Source of the DNA: an uncultured bacterium
GTDB taxonomy: Bacteria; CSSED10-310; CAZUFC01
DNA: 64,000 nucleotides
Direction: 5' to 3'
Assembly (NCBI GenBank): GCA_964619725.1
Contig: CAZUFC010000017.1
Coordinates: forward strand, 1 to 64,000
This document shows positions 9,837 through 20,265 of the stretch, in pieces. The translations under genes were made by a program, and so were the position numbers. The notes beneath the pieces were generated by a model that did not search any database, was not told where the DNA came from, and was given only the letters and a program-made list of their open reading frames with translations. Positions within the stretch are counted from its first letter, which is position 1. Each line of letters begins with the position of its first letter.

Positions 9837-11675
9837 ATGAGGAGTAGATTGCTTAATAATCCATTAAGACGAAGTTTCAGTTTACATGCCGCATTGTTGC
9901 TGCTGCTCAGCGCATTGACGGTCCTGGCGGCTGTTCTTCTGCGTCAGAAGGCGGAAAAGATAATTTATTACAGGATTGCCGGGCCGATGGAAGCCGTTAA
10001 TCTCCTGGTTCCTTTTTTATTTATCGTATTAACGGTCACTACGGCGTGTCTCTATTTTTTATGCAGGAATGGAAACGCTAGACGGCAGGAGAATCTTCTA
10101 TCCCAGCCTGTCCGTGTTTTGTTTCTTATTCTGTTCCCTTGTTGCTGCTTTATCTGGTTCGTATTTATCCGGTTCAGGCATTTAATCCATTTTCCCATTT
10201 CATTGACGCCGGAAGTTCTGCCCTACCTGGCCGGCGCTGAAGAATTCATTAATATGCTAACGCAGAATTTCTCCTTCGCCGCTCTGTCCGCACAATGGAG
10301 GCACGGAACAGGTATAGCTCTGCTGTGGGGATTCTGGGCCGAATGTTTCGGATATACGGAATATTCATACAAACTGATGCAGGCTGTTCTGACCTGCAGT
10401 ATAACCGCGACGGCTTCAGCCTGGGTCTTTTTTTCCATGAAGAGAAGCATGGAAAGGATATTCGGCATTGCAGCGCTCTGCGGGTCCGTATTCATACTGG
10501 GTCCAATGTATCGCATGAAGTGGCATACGCTTGTACCGCTTGTTCAGATATGCGGTTTGAGTTTTTTCTTTCTCGGCGAAATACACAACAAAAAATGGAA
10601 AATCGGCGCTTTCATCATATTTACAGCCGGCATATTTCTTTATCCCGGCAACATTATCCACATTGGGGCGCTTAGCCTGTATTACGTATGGAAATCGATA
10701 AGCGTCCGGGGGCTGACCCGCCGCACTTTCTTAACGGCTTGCCTGGCGTTTGCCGTCTGTCTGATCGCTCTGACAGCCGCAGCGACGATACTGCCAGGAG
10801 GAATGGATCGTACGTTTTTGCCTTACGTTATCAAAAAAACGGCGCGACATAGCGTTCTCGCCAATTTATTCAGCATGTTCCATGAAATATATCACCGGAG
10901 CTATTCTCTTCCCGGATCAATTATTTGGACCGCCGGACTGACTGTTTCCTTTTTAAACCATAAAAAACCGATCAATCGGATGATGAACGCCTATTTCATC
11001 TGCACCGCTTTCGTTCTGCTTCCGACGCACGGTTATGAGAATCCGGACGAAAACGCTTTCATCATCGTTCAGAATCTGTGGTGGACGGCTCTCGGCGGAT
11101 GCTTATTCTTCCGCATCTCCTTCGCTTTGACTCGCCAACTCCTTCATCGTTTGTCGCTCCATGTACGGACAGCTATTTTGTTCTTTATCTTTGCCGCATT
11201 GATCACGGTTTATTTTCAAGCGGAAAGAAACCTCTTCCTTAATCAAATAATCTACACCATGAGCCCTCGGCCCAGCAAAAACCTTCCCCCCCGCTTTCAA
11301 CTCGGCATAGCGCTGGAAGATGCCCGAAACAAAGCAGAAAACGACCGTATTGAATTCTGGTTCGATGAATCCGTCGTCAGCGGCGTCGACAGAGGATTCG
11401 CTCCTTACGTGAGGTTATACCGAAAGCTCCATTCTCATGAATTCCTGCAAAATGCCTTTTTTGCATCTTCATTCAACGATTTCATAAATTCCCCGCCGGA
11501 CGGCCCTGTTAAAGAAAAAAGACTCTACTTCAACCGTACCCTCCAATCCATGAGAACCCTCAAAACACTGATAAAAAATAACCCCCAGAAAGACCTGTCC
11601 ATTGAATGGATCAGTTCTGAATTCCCCTTATGGGAAAAAATGGGTCACATACCTGTTCTGGTTTACCGGAGCTGA
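9837..11675 (+). CDS. Polytopic membrane protein, possible GT-C glycosyltransferase
   Basis: Roughly 12 hydrophobic segments plus soluble C-terminal domain; no diagnostic motif recognised. Confidence 0.55.
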   Translation: MRSRLLNNPLRRSFSLHAALLLLLSALTVLAAVLLRQKAEKIIYYRIAGPMEAVNLLVPFLFIVLTVTTACLYFLCRNGNARRQENLLSQPVRVLFLILFPCCCFIWFVFIRFRHLIHFPISLTPEVLPYLAGAEEFINMLTQNFSFAALSAQWRHGTGIALLWGFWAECFGYTEYSYKLMQAVLTCSITATASAWVFFSMKRSMERIFGIAALCGSVFILGPMYRMKWHTLVPLVQICGLSFFFLGEIHNKKWKIGAFIIFTAGIFLYPGNIIHIGALSLYYVWKSISVRGLTRRTFLTACLAFAVCLIALTAAATILPGGMDRTFLPYVIKKTARHSVLANLFSMFHEIYHRSYSLPGSIIWTAGLTVSFLNHKKPINRMMNAYFICTAFVLLPTHGYENPDENAFIIVQNLWWTALGGCLFFRISFALTRQLLHRLSLHVRTAILFFIFAALITVYFQAERNLFLNQIIYTMSPRPSKNLPPRFQLGIALEDARNKAENDRIEFWFDESVVSGVDRGFAPYVRLYRKLHSHEFLQNAFFASSFNDFINSPPDGPVKEKRLYFNRTLQSMRTLKTLIKNNPQKDLSIEWISSEFPLWEKMGHIPVLVYRS

Positions 11676-11777
11676 TTTTTTGAAAACCCGGATTTTGATT
11701 ATTCGAATACTTGTGGTATATATCTCTCGGCTCAAAGATGAGGAGCGACGAAAAACAGCAAAGCTGGAAAAACAAAA

Positions 11778-12836
11778 ATGAAAAACACCTCAAAAAATTC
11801 ACCGAAAAAATCGATCCTTACCAAAACGGCGCTGCTTGCTGGAAGTGTAATTTTTTCACTGCTGTTAATAGAGGCGGTCATGCGCCTGTTTCATATAGAA
11901 CCTTTCAATCTGGATTTTGAGATAAAAATTATGACGCATGACCTTAACCGGCTCAAGTTAAGGGACTACTATGATTCGCCGGAGAAACCTCCCGGAGCAT
12001 GGAGATTGCTGGTGATCGGCGATTCTTTTACTTACGGAGCGGGTGTAGAAATACCCGAAACTTTCGTGAAAAAGACAGAACGTATGGCGCATGAAGAAGT
12101 ATCAAAAAGAATCGAGATATGGAATTGCGGTTTTCCCGGGTGGGATACCGAAAGAGAGGTGGAATATCTTGAAAATACGGCCCTGGGATACTCACCCGAC
12201 ATGATCACGATATGTTTTTATTTAAACGATGCCACCGACTGGGAAGAACACCCCATGATTTTTTCTGAATGGTATAAGAGCATGGAAAAAAACAACTTTC
12301 TGGACAAGGTATCTTACCTTTACCGGTGGCTGCACAAACGACTGCTGTCGATGAAGATAACCCGGGAGACGACCCGGGCATTTAAGGAAGCTTATTTCAC
12401 GCCGGTTGACGGAGTTGACCGGTGGACGCTGTGTAAAAGGTCACTGAGGAAAGCCAGGAATCTGTGTGATCAAAACGATATTCCCTTCACGCTCATGATT
12501 TTTCCTATATTGGTTCAGTTAAATGAAAATTATCCTTTCATTTCCATACATGAACGCATAAAGCGCTTCTGTGAACAGTTCGACATACCGGTCCTGGACC
12601 TGCTTCCGGCTTTCCAGGGACAGGATGCGATGTCGCTGAGAGTTCGAATTAACGATGCGCATCCCAATGCCGAGGGGCATACTATTGCAGCAAAAGCTTT
12701 TTATTCCTGGTTGAAAGAGCAGAATTACTTTCCTTCAGGCCAGGACCGCATCGATGATGTACTTCATAAAAACAGGATCGAACAGGGACTGTCGTCAAGC
12801 GTCCCGCGTAATGAAGAATTTGTTGATGTACAATGA
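11778..12836 (+). CDS. SGNH/GDSL hydrolase, membrane-anchored
   Basis: IGDSFTYG, NCGFPG, FYLND and DAHPN blocks; N-terminal TM. Confidence 0.9.
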   Translation: MKNTSKNSPKKSILTKTALLAGSVIFSLLLIEAVMRLFHIEPFNLDFEIKIMTHDLNRLKLRDYYDSPEKPPGAWRLLVIGDSFTYGAGVEIPETFVKKTERMAHEEVSKRIEIWNCGFPGWDTEREVEYLENTALGYSPDMITICFYLNDATDWEEHPMIFSEWYKSMEKNNFLDKVSYLYRWLHKRLLSMKITRETTRAFKEAYFTPVDGVDRWTLCKRSLRKARNLCDQNDIPFTLMIFPILVQLNENYPFISIHERIKRFCEQFDIPVLDLLPAFQGQDAMSLRVRINDAHPNAEGHTIAAKAFYSWLKEQNYFPSGQDRIDDVLHKNRIEQGLSSSVPRNEEFVDVQ

Positions 12837-12877
12837 TGTCGGCTTGAGCCGTTCTATTTCCCCCTGCTCGATACGCT

Positions 12878-15163
12878 TTACTCAAAAGCAAAATGGACGC
12901 TTGCCGCCTCTCCGAAAAGGTCAGTCGTTCCGGGCCTGGTTAGTACAGCATAAAAGTAGAAAGGGCCGCCGGCTCCCAGAGGTTCGGGAAGAACGAATTC
13001 CAGGATCGGAACGGTTTCGATGCTCCAGGCGGGAACAGTCCTGAAATCGTAACGGATTTCCTGAGTCCAGAGAGGATAAAAATATAAAACGCCGTAAACG
13101 TCCAGGGCTACATAAAGGTCAGCACGCGTTTCCGGGCCCATATTCGTTATGACGGCATCAAGCAGAAAATCGTCGTTCGCCCGGTAAACCTGCCGGTTCA
13201 AATGAAGGCTTATTTCAGGATCACGCGGATTCTCCGTGGGAAAAGGTGAAGGCGTGGGCGACCAGTAAGGCGTCGGCGTAGGAGAGCAGCCCTCTGTGTA
13301 AAAATAATAGAATTCATCAACCAGCGAACCCGAAGGCGACCCCTCGTCCTGGACGCTGACGGAAATCTTAACCTGTTCGCATGTTGAAAAGTACTGTTCG
13401 GGCACATAATGTAATCCGGCCGCCTTGTAATCCTCGACAACTTCGGGGATGACTTCCTGGTCGTTCACTTTCATCGTTATCGTCTCCAGGTTGATGCCTT
13501 CCTCCAGGTCCCTCAATTCCAACCGTATGTCCGTCGATAACGGAACGCCCGCGCTGTCGTAATCTGGCTCCATTTCAGTAAAATACGGCCTCGGTCCTAT
13601 TCTATGGTACCCCATATCCAACGTTCCGAAATCCGGCACTATGTCTGTTCGCGTAAATCGTGAATGAAACGGCGTGCCTGCAGATTCGCGGCTGCCGGCA
13701 TTTATGCAGGGCGAACGTCCCAGGGAAATCTGGGCAGGCGCACCGGTGGAGGGTTCCGACAAGTAATAGTCATCCAGTTCGCCCGTGACGAATAAAGGGT
13801 CTGCAGAAATATTTCCGTCTATGCCGAATATGTCGGGTATCGTTCCCCCAATATCCCCGCCGGTACTGTGTCCGTAAATGTCAGTATGATATATTTTTAT
13901 CGCCTGGTCCGGCAACGCCCCTTTGTAATGAATGCCGTCTCCCAGCCTGTTGAAAGCTACAATAGAATCCTTCAGCTCCATCCCTGAATCATCGGAAATG
14001 TAAATGCCCGAACCGAACGTCTCAATGACGTGCCTTAACTCATTGTCCGCAACCGTGCAATTCGTAAGCCTTACATTGCAATTGCCCGCCGCCATGAATG
14101 CTCCCCCTAACTGCAAAGCCGCATTCTCAAAAAATAAACAGTTCTCAAATTCAACCTTGGCATTGCGGAAAACAGCAGCGCCGCCGCCGTTGAACGCCAC
14201 ATTCTCCTGAAATACGCAATCTTTTATCTTATAATAGTGTTCCTGCACTCCACTGTCCAACCATATGGCGATCAGCCCGGCCCCCGCCTCCTCACATTCA
14301 TTCTGATAAAAAACGCATGACTCGATTCGAGGCTCCGACTCATGCCACCAGCCCATTCCACCTCCGTGACTCGCTGAATTATGAGTAAACAAACAGTTTA
14401 TAAATGTGGGGTAACTTACCACAAACCATCCGCCGCCCCCCAGCGTCACCTTGTTTTCAGTGGGGTCCAACAATACCACGTGATTATCGGCAAAAGTGCA
14501 ATCTATAAACGTCGGCGCCGATGTCCACATGTGAAAACCGCCTCCCGTCACTTCGCTTCCCGCCGCCCCCGGAGGCATCTCCATTACGTTTCCCTCAACA
14601 AGACAATTGATGAAATAACTCGTCGAATTCAATAAGTATATGCCGCCGCCGCCGAAAGGATTGCCCTTTACGGCCTTGTTGCCCATAATACGGCAATCCT
14701 TTACCGTCATCGAACAGGCCGACATGCGTATTCCGCCGCCCCCGTCCGCTCTGCCGTTCGTTAACGTGAAACCATCAAAATATGCTGCATGAGCCCCCAC
14801 CACGCAACTTTGCGCCTGATTGCCGTCAACTGTCGTCTCGTACACCTCCGGATCACGCTCCCCAGCTCCCTCTGGCGGATAACCACCCAGAAATTCCGTT
14901 CCCTCTCTCAATACAAGATTCTCGACATAGGTTCCCTCTGCTACATGAACCACATCTCCGGCATTCGCCGCCGTCAACTCTATCGCCGCCGTAATAGTCG
15001 CTTTAGCCGCTTCCCAACTGGTTCCCTCATTTCCGTCACTCCCGTTCTCAGAATCCACATAAAAATGCGTACCGCCGTGCACAAACGGCGCTGCAGCCGC
15101 TAATGCCGCCGCCAGCATAAGCGCCCTCAAACCCAATGTTTTAAACTTTTTTCGTAAAGGCAT
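12878..15163 (-). CDS. Secreted right-handed beta-helix protein with Ig-like domain, PT linker and conserved C-terminal domain
   Basis: YVD..GSD.NEGTSW, TI..AI, GGG(I/A) and F..N repeats, NISADPLF; ends with domain similar to the 7084 protein; start placed at ATG 15163. Confidence 0.8.
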   Translation of the reverse strand: MPLRKKFKTLGLRALMLAAALAAAAPFVHGGTHFYVDSENGSDGNEGTSWEAAKATITAAIELTAANAGDVVHVAEGTYVENLVLREGTEFLGGYPPEGAGERDPEVYETTVDGNQAQSCVVGAHAAYFDGFTLTNGRADGGGGIRMSACSMTVKDCRIMGNKAVKGNPFGGGGIYLLNSTSYFINCLVEGNVMEMPPGAAGSEVTGGGFHMWTSAPTFIDCTFADNHVVLLDPTENKVTLGGGGWFVVSYPTFINCLFTHNSASHGGGMGWWHESEPRIESCVFYQNECEEAGAGLIAIWLDSGVQEHYYKIKDCVFQENVAFNGGGAAVFRNAKVEFENCLFFENAALQLGGAFMAAGNCNVRLTNCTVADNELRHVIETFGSGIYISDDSGMELKDSIVAFNRLGDGIHYKGALPDQAIKIYHTDIYGHSTGGDIGGTIPDIFGIDGNISADPLFVTGELDDYYLSEPSTGAPAQISLGRSPCINAGSRESAGTPFHSRFTRTDIVPDFGTLDMGYHRIGPRPYFTEMEPDYDSAGVPLSTDIRLELRDLEEGINLETITMKVNDQEVIPEVVEDYKAAGLHYVPEQYFSTCEQVKISVSVQDEGSPSGSLVDEFYYFYTEGCSPTPTPYWSPTPSPFPTENPRDPEISLHLNRQVYRANDDFLLDAVITNMGPETRADLYVALDVYGVLYFYPLWTQEIRYDFRTVPAWSIETVPILEFVLPEPLGAGGPFYFYAVLTRPGTTDLFGEAASVHFAFE

Positions 15164-15229
15164 GTTGAGACTCCTTTCCCGATCATCGTCATGCGAAACA
15201 TGTAAAGAGCAAAAATCATGCACGCTTTT

Positions 15230-17170
15230 TCAGGGAAGGTAACCGATGCGACGCAGCAGCTCTAATTTTTCCGGATTGAGAAATTCCGGCTTTTCCTGCT
15301 GCTTCATCGATAAACGGTTTTTGGATATCCAGACGTTTAAATCGGTGAACATATTTCTAAATTTCGGCCTGGGGCCCAAAACTTCAAAATTCATTTCCGC
15401 AGGATCGCTTTTCAGGTCAAATATGTTGTAAATGTTGCCGAAAAAATGAAATATTAATTTGTAGGGACCGAGACGATAGAAATACTTGGGCGGAAAAAAT
15501 TTCAGAGTATGGCTCAAGCCGTAAATCCGTTTCTCAATTTCTTCCGGGTTTATGTTGACGGCGTTTTCTCCATCCAGGGCATAGGGGACGGGGCTGCCGA
15601 TAATATTGAGTACAGAAGGCATCAATTCGATGCTTTGAATGGGGTAGTCGAATATCTTATTTTTCACGGATTGAGGAATTCTGAGCATCAGGGGAACACG
15701 GACGCATTCCTGGTATAGTTGAAAATGAAGCGCTGAACCATGGTCGCCGAATTCTTCTCCGTGCGGCGAATAGAGGATGAACATCGTATTCTGGTAGAGT
15801 TTTTCTTCTTTGAGTTTTTCCAGGAGTCTGCCGAACCTTGAATCAGCATAATATACCGCAGAATCATACATAAATTGCAGATATTTCCATTGTGCATCGG
15901 AAAGAACGGTCTTTCCTTTTGCGGCTTGCATCATGAGCGCAGCCCCGCAGGCATCGTCCCTGCATCCGTCAAAAACCAATTCGTCATATGCGGTTTTAAA
16001 CAGGTTTGCGAAAGGTTCTGGAGGCGAATAGGGCAAAGGGCCTTTCCTGACGTTAAGATCGTGATAATTGATGAATAAAAAGAACCGGTCATGCCTGTTG
16101 TCTTCCAACCAGGAAAATATGACCTGATTCATCTGATCGGCGCTGTAATCCGGCAAATACCGGTATGAATTAAATCCCTGATCGAAACCATATTCAGCCT
16201 TCAGCCAGTTATTGGCGACAAAAGCGGCCGAGTGATATCCGCAATTCCTCAAAGTCTCCGTAAGCGTTGGGGCCCCCGGGCGAAGCTCTGTAGTCGGGTC
16301 CAGCTTGTGATTGAAGGGATACAGGGAAGTTAAAAACGACATTTGGGACGTTAAAGCAAAGGGTTCTTGAACGCTGCAGTCACTGAAGATCATACATTCA
16401 CGGGAAAAAGCATCCAGAACGGGCGTGACGGACCTGTCGCTTCCATATGCCCCAATCCTGTCCGTTCTCAAACTGTCGAAGGAGACCATTACTATCCGCC
16501 GGATATCCGGAGTAACGATTGGATCGATAATTTGAGGAAGAAGAAAAGCCAGCGCACCCAAAATGATAAACTCACCCATAACCGCCTGCAATAACGACCG
16601 CCTGGGCAGTTTTCGGAAAAAATGCCAAAACGGCTTTCTCATTATGGAATGTAAAAAGAGCTTCAACGAATGCAAAATTAAAATAAAAACGAAAAGACTC
16701 AGAACATTAATTCCGATTACTGCATAAGTCTTTAGGGTCCAGTATTTTTCAACATCCAGCGTTAACATGCGCCTTAAGCCTTCGGATTCGTATATCAGAT
16801 CAGCGATCGTTCTTAACCATCCCTCCCTGATAAAATAATTCCATACGATCACTCCCCACTGAAAAAAAGCGAACAGCAGGGTCCAAATCAATGCTGCGAC
16901 AGCATCCCGCCTGATCTGCCGGATTATGCTGTAGAAAAGACCATAGAATAAACCGGAAAGAAAAAACGCCGTCAGAACATAAAAAAAGACGACGCGGAAG
17001 TTCTGCGCGGCGAGCAAGATCATATTCCATTCAACATATTCATTTTGCTGAATCTTTATGATGCCGTAGAGCACGCCTGCCTGCAAACCTACAATCAGAC
17101 CGACGGCCCCTCCATTGACGACATTGGTCCATGCTTCCTTTAACACCAGTTTCCAAAGTATCCGTTTCAT
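15230..17170 (-). CDS. Membrane-anchored sulfatase-fold protein with degenerate active site
   Basis: About 5 N-terminal TMs; VSFDSLRTD, PFALTSQMSFLTSLYP, SPHGEEF, LRRIGY. Confidence 0.8.
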   Translation of the reverse strand: MKRILWKLVLKEAWTNVVNGGAVGLIVGLQAGVLYGIIKIQQNEYVEWNMILLAAQNFRVVFFYVLTAFFLSGLFYGLFYSIIRQIRRDAVAALIWTLLFAFFQWGVIVWNYFIREGWLRTIADLIYESEGLRRMLTLDVEKYWTLKTYAVIGINVLSLFVFILILHSLKLFLHSIMRKPFWHFFRKLPRRSLLQAVMGEFIILGALAFLLPQIIDPIVTPDIRRIVMVSFDSLRTDRIGAYGSDRSVTPVLDAFSRECMIFSDCSVQEPFALTSQMSFLTSLYPFNHKLDPTTELRPGAPTLTETLRNCGYHSAAFVANNWLKAEYGFDQGFNSYRYLPDYSADQMNQVIFSWLEDNRHDRFFLFINYHDLNVRKGPLPYSPPEPFANLFKTAYDELVFDGCRDDACGAALMMQAAKGKTVLSDAQWKYLQFMYDSAVYYADSRFGRLLEKLKEEKLYQNTMFILYSPHGEEFGDHGSALHFQLYQECVRVPLMLRIPQSVKNKIFDYPIQSIELMPSVLNIIGSPVPYALDGENAVNINPEEIEKRIYGLSHTLKFFPPKYFYRLGPYKLIFHFFGNIYNIFDLKSDPAEMNFEVLGPRPKFRNMFTDLNVWISKNRLSMKQQEKPEFLNPEKLELLRRIGYLP

Positions 17171-17231
17171 GTCTCTTTCATATTACATCAAGCAGTCAAA
17201 TATCAAGCAGAACTCACATGCATCATTGCAA

Positions 17232-19643
17232 TTAAAATGATTGCTCAGGCTCATCTTCCTCTGCACCATCCAGGCGCTGTTTCAAATTTCGCATCGATTC
17301 GCTGGATGGATCAAGCTCTAAAGCCTTGCGACAATACTCCAGAGCCTCTTTCCTCTTCTCTTGCATGATCGCCAGTTTGGCTTTTATTTCATAAAGATCA
17401 GCAATCAAAGGGCATTCCCTAATGGCTCGATCGATATATTTCCCGGAAAGTTCCCAATTGCCCTGCGCCGCTTCAACTAAAGCCTTGTTCCTTAACTCAT
17501 AGGCCGATACAAACGGGTATATCCACTCCCCTGTCAACGGCCTGCCCTGCGTATCCCTCCGCACGTGCGCCTCGAATAATTTCTCGTCGAATAACGCCCT
17601 GTAGGAAAGCTCAATTTCCAGAAAATTGGCGGAAGGCTCCTCAGAAACTTTAACGACACCGTAAATTCTGAAAAAATCATTTTCATATACGAGATCGAAA
17701 AAATCCAAATCCATCGGTTTAAAGTGAAATTTATAACAAACCCAGTCTTTATCGAATGCCATTTCGTCCGCCACATACCGAAAAGAAAGATTCCGGTCAG
17801 TGCGAAAAAGTATGTGTGCATTATAAACAACATAATCAGCGTCCCATTCCCGGCAAAGCTCATACAGCTCCTTTTCTGAAAGAAACATTCCCGAAACGTA
17901 TCTTATGTATTTTCTGCGAACGTCGCTCTCGAAGTAAGCGTGTAAATTGACCCGCCTTCCCGTATAGGCCGGAATGACGGCTGAAAGAACGAATTCGCAC
18001 AAGAAGGCAGCGGATTCATCAGAATTATGTTTTATCCAGCCGAGCATCTGAGCCGCAGGATAGGAAGGAGTGCACCGCGCCATGTATCGCATTTCGGGAT
18101 AGTCAAGACCTGAGTTATAAAGCAATGCTGCGAACGCTGAATTTTCCCAGTGCGAGGAATGATAATACTGAAAGCCGAAAACGAGACAGAGGAAGCAGAT
18201 AACGAGCGCCCTGCAGCCCATCATGCGCCGCCTTTTCGATACCGTCGAACTGTTGACGTTTTCTGTCCTTGCGTAACCTTTATTGAGAAAATACAGGGCT
18301 GTCGCCGGCGCCAGAAATAATGCGGTGACGGTTTTCAGTTTAATAAATAACAAATAAAAAAAGATGGAGGCAATACCCATAAAAAGGAAAAACTCTTCAT
18401 GAATCCCGGTCCGTCCTTTGGCGAACTTTCTTACAAGAACGAACAGCGGATAAGCTGCGACCAGGAGCATCCAAATGCCTTCGTCCAGAAATTCGAATAA
18501 GTTGGGCGAGGTATAGGGAGGGACCCAGTAATGTCTGGCTTCATAAGGCAACAGGGATGGATCATAAGGCTTTTGCATGAATCTCAATTTGTAAATGAAC
18601 GTGGTCCAGACATGTCCGTAGTTCCCGCCTGAACCAAGCAGGAAGTAAAAAACGCAGAAAAAGATAATACAGGAAAAAACAAAGAGATATTTTTCGTGAT
18701 TTTTACTGATGGAAACAACTCTAAGCGCCCGCAGTTTTTTACTTTTAATGATAAAGGGAACTATCGCCCTGGCGAATGAGATACCGGCGAGCAGGATCAT
18801 AGTTTCGGAGAAAAAAAAGTATTCGCTTCGCATCCATCCTCCGGGCGCCAGGGAAAAGAGAAGAATTACCAAAAAATGCGGAAGAATAAAATTCGTCCAC
18901 AATTCCGTTCTCCGGTATTTTCTTGTTGCTTGAAAAAAAAGAAAAAGACTCAGGAACAGCGTATAAAACCGGATGACCTTCCAGGAAAGCAAAGCCGCGA
19001 CAAGGAACAAAGCCGATATCAGGGCGTTTTTTCTTTGCAGAGAGCGCAAGGCTTTAACGGCAAACGCAAAATGAAAGGCTAAAAAGAGCAGCGAGGTATG
19101 TTCGTGAAAAAAAGTTTCCCCTGTGGACCTGGAAACGGCTGCGATTGAAAAGAGATAAGTTGCTGCGGCAAATATGGAACCGGCATAGGAACCTGTCAAA
19201 TAAAAACCGGCGAGAAAAACGGGAAAAACGATCAATGCGGCGGCTATCCTGACATACTTACGAATGAAAAGTGTCCGATGAATCCGCTTCGATTCCGGCT
19301 TGTCAGGTTCTGCATTATTCAGGGAGAAAAGCCGATATATCCATCCGGCGGCGTATTCTCCCAGGACGGTTTGAGTAAATGGATTAAAGCCTTCGGGGTG
19401 ATTGATCTTCATGTCGGGAGAAGGCAATGAGCCATTATCGATAATTTCTTCTACGTAACGGAAGTGTTGGGCGGATTCAGCCCAGAGCGGGGCTGCTTCC
19501 GCAGTTCCCCGAGCATGAAACGCTTTTTTTCTGGCCTGATATCCGATAAGGACCAGGAAAATCAGCAGAATGATAACGGCAGCATTGGGGATGAAGCGAA
19601 GAGAGCGGACATGATCAAAAACTTTACCTGCTGGAGAATTCAT
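17232..19643 (-). CDS. DPY19/STT3-like GT-C membrane glycosyltransferase with C-terminal TPR
   Basis: ESAQHFRY, HPEGFN, FFHEHTSLLFL, GHV..FIYK, LGWIKHNS...TGRRVNLHAYFE...DYVV; many TMs; TPR tail. Confidence 0.7.
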   Translation of the reverse strand: MNSPAGKVFDHVRSLRFIPNAAVIILLIFLVLIGYQARKKAFHARGTAEAAPLWAESAQHFRYVEEIIDNGSLPSPDMKINHPEGFNPFTQTVLGEYAAGWIYRLFSLNNAEPDKPESKRIHRTLFIRKYVRIAAALIVFPVFLAGFYLTGSYAGSIFAAATYLFSIAAVSRSTGETFFHEHTSLLFLAFHFAFAVKALRSLQRKNALISALFLVAALLSWKVIRFYTLFLSLFLFFQATRKYRRTELWTNFILPHFLVILLFSLAPGGWMRSEYFFFSETMILLAGISFARAIVPFIIKSKKLRALRVVSISKNHEKYLFVFSCIIFFCVFYFLLGSGGNYGHVWTTFIYKLRFMQKPYDPSLLPYEARHYWVPPYTSPNLFEFLDEGIWMLLVAAYPLFVLVRKFAKGRTGIHEEFFLFMGIASIFFYLLFIKLKTVTALFLAPATALYFLNKGYARTENVNSSTVSKRRRMMGCRALVICFLCLVFGFQYYHSSHWENSAFAALLYNSGLDYPEMRYMARCTPSYPAAQMLGWIKHNSDESAAFLCEFVLSAVIPAYTGRRVNLHAYFESDVRRKYIRYVSGMFLSEKELYELCREWDADYVVYNAHILFRTDRNLSFRYVADEMAFDKDWVCYKFHFKPMDLDFFDLVYENDFFRIYGVVKVSEEPSANFLEIELSYRALFDEKLFEAHVRRDTQGRPLTGEWIYPFVSAYELRNKALVEAAQGNWELSGKYIDRAIRECPLIADLYEIKAKLAIMQEKRKEALEYCRKALELDPSSESMRNLKQRLDGAEEDEPEQSF

Positions 19644-20230
19644 TAAATCTCCAGGATTCGTCTGGATTCCTGCCAGAGTTCCTTTTTTCCTAAACCGGTG
19701 ACGGCGCTGAACGGGATGATGCGGTCAGACGGCCTCATTTCCAATTTGTCGCTTATAATCCTGCTTCGCCGCTTAGTTTCATTGGTTTTTACTTTATCGG
19801 CCTTTATCGCTACTTTGATCTGAGGGTATTCATATTCTCTCAGCCAGCGGTCAATTTCAATGTCCAGTCTGGAAGGGGGATGACGAATATCCAAAACGTG
19901 AATGAATCCTTTTAATCCGGGCCAATGGTCAACGAAGCGACCAATACTCGCCATCATTTGTTTTTTTATTTTCGCGGGCAATTTCGCATAACCGTATCCC
20001 GGAAGGTCCACAAGATAGAAGGCATCATTGACAAGATAAAAATTGACTGTCCTGGTTTTACCCGGTTTTGAGCTTGTTTGAGCCAGCTTTTTGCGATTGG
20101 TCAGTTTGTTTATCAGGGAAGATTTACCGACATTCGAACGACCTACAAACGAAAGGGACGGCAAAATTCTGCCGGGAAAATTTTTTTCCGTAGTCGCGCA
20201 TACTATGAATTCCGCCGAACGTATCTTCAC
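19643..20230 (-). CDS. engB: Ribosome biogenesis GTP-binding protein EngB/YihA
   Basis: GRSNVGKSSLIN, SSKPGKT, DLPGYGYA, KADK. Confidence 0.95.
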   Translation of the reverse strand: MKIRSAEFIVCATTEKNFPGRILPSLSFVGRSNVGKSSLINKLTNRKKLAQTSSKPGKTRTVNFYLVNDAFYLVDLPGYGYAKLPAKIKKQMMASIGRFVDHWPGLKGFIHVLDIRHPPSRLDIEIDRWLREYEYPQIKVAIKADKVKTNETKRRSRIISDKLEMRPSDRIIPFSAVTGLGKKELWQESRRILEI

Positions 20231-20265
20231 TGTCCTTCACCTGATTTTCCCGCTCCATTCCTTTT

